Assembly: GCA_010093995.1 (NCBI GenBank)
Contig: ML992512.1
Span: 467,736-531,735, forward strand
Direction: 5' to 3'
From: Elsinoe ampelina
Lineage: Eukaryota
Length of the DNA: 64,000 nt
A program made the position numbers and the translations under genes. Position 1 is the first letter of the stretch, and each line of letters opens with the position of its first letter. Below, one piece after another: positions 58,647 through 64,000 of the stretch. The notes beneath the pieces were generated by a model. It did no database searches. It was not told the origin of the DNA and saw only the letters and a list, made by a program, of their open reading frames with translations.

Positions 58647-61511
58647 TCACTCCCTGATCTCCCCCTCCTCCGACCCCTCCTCCTCCATCACCACATCCCC
58701 ACCCTCATCCTCCTGCGTCTCCTCCACCACCGCCCCCTCCTCTACCTCCATCTTCCTCCCGACCAGAACCACCTCCCTCCCGCCCGCCTCCACCCTCACC
58801 GACCCCACCACCAACCCCTCCCACTCCTCCCCCAACTCCCTCTCCACCTCCCGATCATGCTCCTCCCACTTCTTCCGCCCACACGACCGCGCCGCCAAAA
58901 CGACATCCAGAATCTCCACCACCAGCCCCTCCTTCCTCCCCTCCGCCCCCATCAGCGAATTCCACACCCTCATCCCCACTTTCTTCTCCTCCCAACGCCC
59001 CACCGCCTCCCCCGCCGCAGGGACATGCACTGTACCCCTCTCCTCCACCCCCAGCGCCTCCACCAGCTGCTCCTCCGAGTCGACCACCGCGGCGCCGTGC
59101 TGGAGCGCAGCGGCCTTGGCGGACGCGTACTCCGCCGGATCTTCGTGGCGGCGGCGGATGCATACTACCGTCCCGCTGAGGGGGCAGGCGGTGTGCTCCC
59201 CTCCGCTGGCGCGGGTGAGGTATGCGCAGCGGCCGTGGAGAGGTCCAGGGCCGGTGGGTGGTGGGATGCGGTTGGACATCTCTGCTGTTCGAGACGGGGA
59301 GATCTGTGCTGGTGGCGGATGATGTGGTTTGATAACAAGAGGTTGTGGGAGCTGTATGCGTGGTTTTTTGCGAGGAGGTGAGGACGAAGGAGTACCTGAG
59401 GCTTGTTGTTGTGGTGGAGATTTTCGTTTCAGGGGCGAAGTCGGGGTTGTTGTTGCGCTTGCACGGGCGATTTTTCGGCGGCAGCTTTTCTCGATTCGGG
59501 CCATCCAGCGCAGGTTTTCTTGCGATTCCGAGTCCACGGGGGCGGAGAGGGCCTGCTTGGCGAGCTTTTGCAGGTCGATGAAGGGCACACAATCTCGCCA
59601 CGTTCGGTCTTCGTGCAGCTTTTTGACGCGAGGGTGGCGTAGCATCCAGTATCCGCAATTGGAGGGCTTCTCGTAGGAGCTGCCGAGGACTTCGAAGACG
59701 AATGGCACACGAAGCGTGATGTCCATGCGAGGATGATCTGAAACGAGATCGAAAGAGCTTGGAGGCTGTGAGGGAGTGAAGTCCTCGGCGGAGAGACGAG
59801 CGAGGGTTATGGCTTTGGGCAAGATTGTTGGTAGTATACAGCTGTCTGCTGAGATGGTGCCGACGACTCTGAAGCGAGGTCTTTCTTGGTATCTCTCCAC
59901 ATCCTCCTGGTTCATCAAGCAGCCCACATGGAAATGAGTATAGCTGTTGCGACCCAGACCCTTAGTGATGGCTAGCTGAGCATCATAGGATGCTCCGACT
60001 ACAGCCAGATCAGCTTCATCTCCTAGACCATTGATGTAGTCCTTCTTCAGCTTGATCACCGACGACCTCTCGTTATCGTCTCCTGGAATAGCTAGATACG
60101 GACGACCACATGGCTTCAGGACGAGTCCTTCATGTCTTGCGGCGACTGAGGCGGCGAGATGATTCATGAGCTTCCGCTTGGAGTCATCATCTGCAAAGTC
60201 GAGCACCTTGGACTCTGCGACAATTGCTCGGCCTATCTTGGTCTTGACTAGGTTGACCAGGAGAGATTTGCGTTCCTCGAGAGGCTTCTGCATAACATTG
60301 TTGTCATCATGAAGCAGTAGATCGAAGAAGACAATCATCAGATGCTCGTGCTGATGGCGTGGAGAGTCCTTTGCTGTTCCAAGGTATGTTCCAGACCTGG
60401 GTACGTATTTCCGTATCTTGTGGAAAGGCATGATCTGCTTCTCCTGTTCGCTGTATACAACCATCTCTCCCAACAGGACGCACTTTGATTTGACCTTGCA
60501 CCTGTCAGAGCCGATCGACAGACTCTTCCTCAAGGTCTCCCGGAGAGCCACCCTATCGTCGGTGGAGTTTTTGCCACTCTTTGAGAAGATCTTCAGCCAG
60601 TCTGTGCCCTTCGAAAGATCGATGTGCATCTCGCAATACTCTCCATCGTACTTTCTTTCGATCATCCATCGTCGCTGTCCTGTAATCTGGAGACAGTGGT
60701 CGATGGATCTGGCCTTGACGAAGCTTGATCTGGAAATTTTGATGCCGACTTGAGGTCGATACGAGCCAGAGACTAGCTTGCGGAGGAGACTTGCCGATTG
60801 TGCATCTGGACAACTTGGATACTTTCGGAAAGGTCCTTTCAAAGTCTCTGCCGCTACTGTGAAGTCATGCTGGAATCGAAGAATGTCCGGGAGGAGAAAG
60901 TGCAGAGATCTAAGCACGAGATACTCGTCAAGCTTGACTGGTGAGAGGTCCTTCAAGATGAGACGGATAAGCCACTTTGCCTCGCTCGGTGAGGAACGGC
61001 GTATGATATTGGTCAGAGCCGCCTGAGGATCGACTTGCGGGTTGTATTCTTGTCGCACCTCGGGCGAAGAGTATTTATAGCCACTTGCTAGTGCGCAAAG
61101 CATCTTGTCGACTTCATCGAGGGTCACGGGTGGTGTAGCCGGGGGGCCACCGCCTTCCAAGACTCGTTCCAAGCAGTCAGCCAGATCGCCATTACCTGGC
61201 TGTTTGTACACATTGAGGTCTCTTGATCGAGATGACGAAAGCCCTAGCGTCCGACAGAGAATTCTCGAAAGAGTTGTGTGTTGCATGCCATAGACCCGAT
61301 CTGTGCGGCGCTCAGGTAGAAAGGACGACAGCAGTGCCGCCGCTTCTGCAGCGTCAAGACCATCTATGGCTCTTCGATGAGCTCTGAACCAGCTTCGGAT
61401 CTCTGTCGTGACACGAGCATCTCTGTCGACCGGTAGAAGAGGAGGGTCACGCTGGTGAAAGTCTTCTAGACTCGATAGTAAGTGGCAGAAGACTGAGAAT
61501 CGTAAGGTCAT
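58647..61511 (-). CDS. ATP-dependent DNA ligase, ligase-IV-like fungal paralogue without canonical tandem BRCT
   Basis: DNA-binding N-domain (LPERRTDRVYG, KWLIRLILK); motifs I ERKYDGE, III LLGEMV, IIIa VFFDLL, IV EGLVLK, V KLKKDY, VI LRHPR. Confidence 0.85.
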   Translation of the reverse strand: MTLRFSVFCHLLSSLEDFHQRDPPLLPVDRDARVTTEIRSWFRAHRRAIDGLDAAEAAALLSSFLPERRTDRVYGMQHTTLSRILCRTLGLSSSRSRDLNVYKQPGNGDLADCLERVLEGGGPPATPPVTLDEVDKMLCALASGYKYSSPEVRQEYNPQVDPQAALTNIIRRSSPSEAKWLIRLILKDLSPVKLDEYLVLRSLHFLLPDILRFQHDFTVAAETLKGPFRKYPSCPDAQSASLLRKLVSGSYRPQVGIKISRSSFVKARSIDHCLQITGQRRWMIERKYDGEYCEMHIDLSKGTDWLKIFSKSGKNSTDDRVALRETLRKSLSIGSDRCKVKSKCVLLGEMVVYSEQEKQIMPFHKIRKYVPRSGTYLGTAKDSPRHQHEHLMIVFFDLLLHDDNNVMQKPLEERKSLLVNLVKTKIGRAIVAESKVLDFADDDSKRKLMNHLAASVAARHEGLVLKPCGRPYLAIPGDDNERSSVIKLKKDYINGLGDEADLAVVGASYDAQLAITKGLGRNSYTHFHVGCLMNQEDVERYQERPRFRVVGTISADSCILPTILPKAITLARLSAEDFTPSQPPSSFDLVSDHPRMDITLRVPFVFEVLGSSYEKPSNCGYWMLRHPRVKKLHEDRTWRDCVPFIDLQKLAKQALSAPVDSESQENLRWMARIEKSCRRKIARASATTTPTSPLKRKSPPQQQASGTPSSSPPRKKPRIQLPQPLVIKPHHPPPAQISPSRTAEMSNRIPPPTGPGPLHGRCAYLTRASGGEHTACPLSGTVVCIRRRHEDPAEYASAKAAALQHGAAVVDSEEQLVEALGVEERGTVHVPAAGEAVGRWEEKKVGMRVWNSLMGAEGRKEGLVVEILDVVLAARSCGRKKWEEHDREVERELGEEWEGLVVGSVRVEAGGREVVLVGRKMEVEEGAVVEETQEDEGGDVVMEEEGSEEGEIRE

Positions 61512-61849
61512 CGTGTCACGATTGTACTGTGAGCTTCTGAAGACACTGTCAGGCACGTCATCGTCGAAAGTCTGACTCCTGTGTCACTGATAGTTGATAG
61601 GAGTGCATGTCAATGTCGGACCTATCGAGGCAATGATGGAGAAAGTTGGGAGGTGGAGCTTGACAGAAAGCCGGCAGCAAACGCGTCGGACAAAGGCGGC
61701 CGAGGTCTGACAACGCCAAAGCACATGACTTCAATCTCGATTCTTCTTTGTATCTTTCAGCAACTTGACATTCTTCGCTCTGCGCAATCTACGGAACCTC
61801 TGCTTCATCTCCATCTTCACTATGTAGGACGTTGTAAGTCTGATCGTCC

Positions 61850-62893
61850 TCACAAACTTATAACAATCTTCTTGAGACTGACGCCTCCTCTCACAACGTC
61901 CAATGCCTCGTTGAGGTTCTTCAATCCTCGGCCAACAACCTCCACTGGCGGGCTCGGAACCACTGATCCTGCCTCGAACTTCCCAGCGAGCCAGCCTTGG
62001 AAGACGTCGGCAAAGTGAGCATCGCGTTCCTTGGGGCTCGCTGGAGGGAAATTAAACTTGATTTCTGTGTTGTCGAGGGTCGGATGGCCTTCTGGCAGCA
62101 TTGGTGAGTGCGATACCACGGCTTTGACGCCATTGTCTTTGGTAGCCTTCAAGACTTCAAGCGTCGGTTCCAAGCCGCCAGTGACTACCACATGAGCTGT
62201 CTGGAGCTTGACACCATCCTTCTCGATGTCGTCAACGATCTGCTTCACAACGTCCGCGTCATGGTAGTCATAGATCTTGTCCGCGCCGAGGTCTTTGATG
62301 TAAGCGTGATGCTTGCTGCTGGCGGTCGCGTAGACCGTGAACCCGAGGATCTTTGCTGTCTGGACTGCAAAGGTCCCGACACTGGCAGCGGCACCCCATA
62401 CTAGGATCGCCTGCTTGTCCTTTGCCGAATGCCTGGTGTCGAGAGGGATGCCAACAGTCGTATAGGCAGTGAGAGCAGTCAACGCGGCGACTGGGAGAGA
62501 AGCACCTTGCTCGAAGCTCAGCTGCTCTGGTAGCACGACTACGCACTCACTTTGCGCAAGAGCAAACTGTTGAAAAGCGCCATATTCAGGTCGACCATCT
62601 TGGTAGAACGCCGAGGCAAAGGCAAAGACGCGAGTGCCAGGCTGCGGAGCGCTGGATGGGACCGCAGAGCCAACCTTGACTACTACACCAGCAGCATCTG
62701 AGCCGAAACACGCAGGGTAGGAAGAAACGGGTGGCATGCCATAGTCGCGCTGGTAGTAGTCCACCGGGTTGATTGCCACGGCTTTGACTTCGATGAGGAT
62801 CTCATTGGCTCCAGGTGTAGGGGTCTCTCGCTCCTGAATCGTGAGAGGTTCTCCCTTCTGCAGTGAGACTGCCGCTAGGTGTTTACCGGACAT
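61850..62893 (-). CDS. Medium-chain dehydrogenase/enoyl-reductase-like oxidoreductase
   Basis: VKAVAINPVD, GSDAAGVV, GAFQQF, LSFEQGASLP, ILVWGAAASVG, LGADKIYDY. Confidence 0.88.
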   Translation of the reverse strand: MSGKHLAAVSLQKGEPLTIQERETPTPGANEILIEVKAVAINPVDYYQRDYGMPPVSSYPACFGSDAAGVVVKVGSAVPSSAPQPGTRVFAFASAFYQDGRPEYGAFQQFALAQSECVVVLPEQLSFEQGASLPVAALTALTAYTTVGIPLDTRHSAKDKQAILVWGAAASVGTFAVQTAKILGFTVYATASSKHHAYIKDLGADKIYDYHDADVVKQIVDDIEKDGVKLQTAHVVVTGGLEPTLEVLKATKDNGVKAVVSHSPMLPEGHPTLDNTEIKFNFPPASPKERDAHFADVFQGWLAGKFEAGSVVPSPPVEVVGRGLKNLNEALDVVRGGVSLKKIVISL

Positions 62894-63103
62894 CGTGTGA
62901 GTGCGAGCAAATGCGACGCCTTGCGATTGGTGATTGTATGAGTACCGGTGTGGTCGAAAAGCAGCAAGAAATGCAATCGGACTTGAGGCACCATACAGCT
63001 CTTTATGGGAATTTCCGTCAAACAATTCATGCATTCATGGACTTACCATACATGCTTACAACGTGGGATGACCACATGAAAGACCAGAGTAAGCACACTA
63101 GTG

Positions 63104-63114
63104 CGGAGTTACCG
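63104..63114. promoter_or_regulatory. Candidate Zn2Cys6 binding site CGG-N5-CCG in the divergent MDR/epoxide hydrolase promoter
   Basis: CGGAGTTACCG, with GGAGTTAC repeated at 63124-63131. Confidence 0.3.
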
Positions 63115-63358
63115 GTATAGTATGGAGTTACGGGATGGAGATAGGCGGAGCGCTGACACACCTAGAGCAAGACATAACAACTCTTCACATTGTTATTCCT
63201 GACACAAACAATTCTAGAATTATATCGACGAATTCACATTCGCCTTCGCGGTCAGGGATTGTAGCTGATCAAGGTCTTGTCGTGTCTAATCAGCTGTTCT
63301 TCCGCGCACCGTCTTAGAAACACATGGTAAAGCCACCCAAGAAAGAGTATCCTCCATA

Positions 63359-64000
63359 ATGGCCAACGGCACCATTTCTCCTTTCCACCTATCGATCCCT
63401 CAAGCCGATCTCGACGACTTACAAACACGTCTTCGGCTGACTCGCTGGCCAGTCAGAGAGACTGTCGAGGACTGGTCTCAAGGCGTCCCGCTATCAGCGA
63501 TACAAGAGCTCTGCACTTATTGGCAGACAAAATACAATTGGCGGCGATGTGAAGACCTGCTTAACTCGTATCCTCAGTTTACGACCACCATCGACGGTGG
63601 GGATATCTATTTCCTGCACTTTCGTTCGAAGCACGAAGATGCTTTGCCTATGCTCATTACACACGGCTGGCCTGGCTCTGTCTTGGAGTTCAGGCATGTA
63701 GTCCCCAGACTTGTCAATCCGGAGGCTCATGGTGGCACCTCTGAAGACGCCTTTCATCTCGTCATTCCCGCACTTCCTGGACATGCCTTCTCTAGCAAAC
63801 CCACAGGTACAGGCTGGAATTACCACAGAGTTGCACGAGCATGGGGGACGTTGATGGAGCGACTTGGCTATAGTGACGGCGGATGGGTTGCCCAGGGTGG
63901 TGACTGGGGTTCTCACGTTACCTCGAGCCTTGGTCACCAAGCACCTAAAGGACTGGAAGGTGTCCACATGAATTCGATCTATTTCGAAACCAAGGTAGAT
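63359..64000 (+). CDS. Epoxide hydrolase (EHN + alpha/beta hydrolase), 5' part, runs off the window
   Basis: Absent from the ORF track because there is no stop in the window. Translated by hand: MANGTISPFHLSIPQADLDDLQTRLRLTRWP...THGWPGS...IPALPG..FS...AQGGDWG (oxyanion HGWP and nucleophile Asp). Confidence 0.92.
   Translation, partial: MANGTISPFHLSIPQADLDDLQTRLRLTRWPVRETVEDWSQGVPLSAIQELCTYWQTKYNWRRCEDLLNSYPQFTTTIDGGDIYFLHFRSKHEDALPMLITHGWPGSVLEFRHVVPRLVNPEAHGGTSEDAFHLVIPALPGHAFSSKPTGTGWNYHRVARAWGTLMERLGYSDGGWVAQGGDWGSHVTSSLGHQAPKGLEGVHMNSIYFETKVD

Overview
Gene-dense eukaryotic DNA from a filamentous ascomycete (Pezizomycotina; short GT-AG introns with CTRAY branch points). About 28 protein-coding genes, mostly housekeeping: ribokinase, an LXR3-like SDR, OXA1, MIM1, SHP1/UBX1, PPX1, the CDC12 septin, PWP2, WDR83/MORG1, LOT5, UBC7, SEN2, an AIM25 scramblase, SGT1 and a PhoD phosphatase. 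Poorly characterised genes include a tandem pair of DUF6604-like paralogues, an orphan SET-domain gene, a non-canonical ATP-dependent DNA ligase, a stand-alone DUF1115/Prp3_C-like microprotein and a bacterial-looking epoxide hydrolase running off the right edge. I found no rRNA, tRNA, transposon or CRISPR array. The most striking unexplained structure is about 15 kilobase-scale compositional domains, each a C-rich arm switching abruptly to a G-rich arm. They occur in genes of both orientations, run through introns and codons alike, and often sit in pairs around convergent gene ends. All family assignments come from motif recognition by eye; no database search was run.
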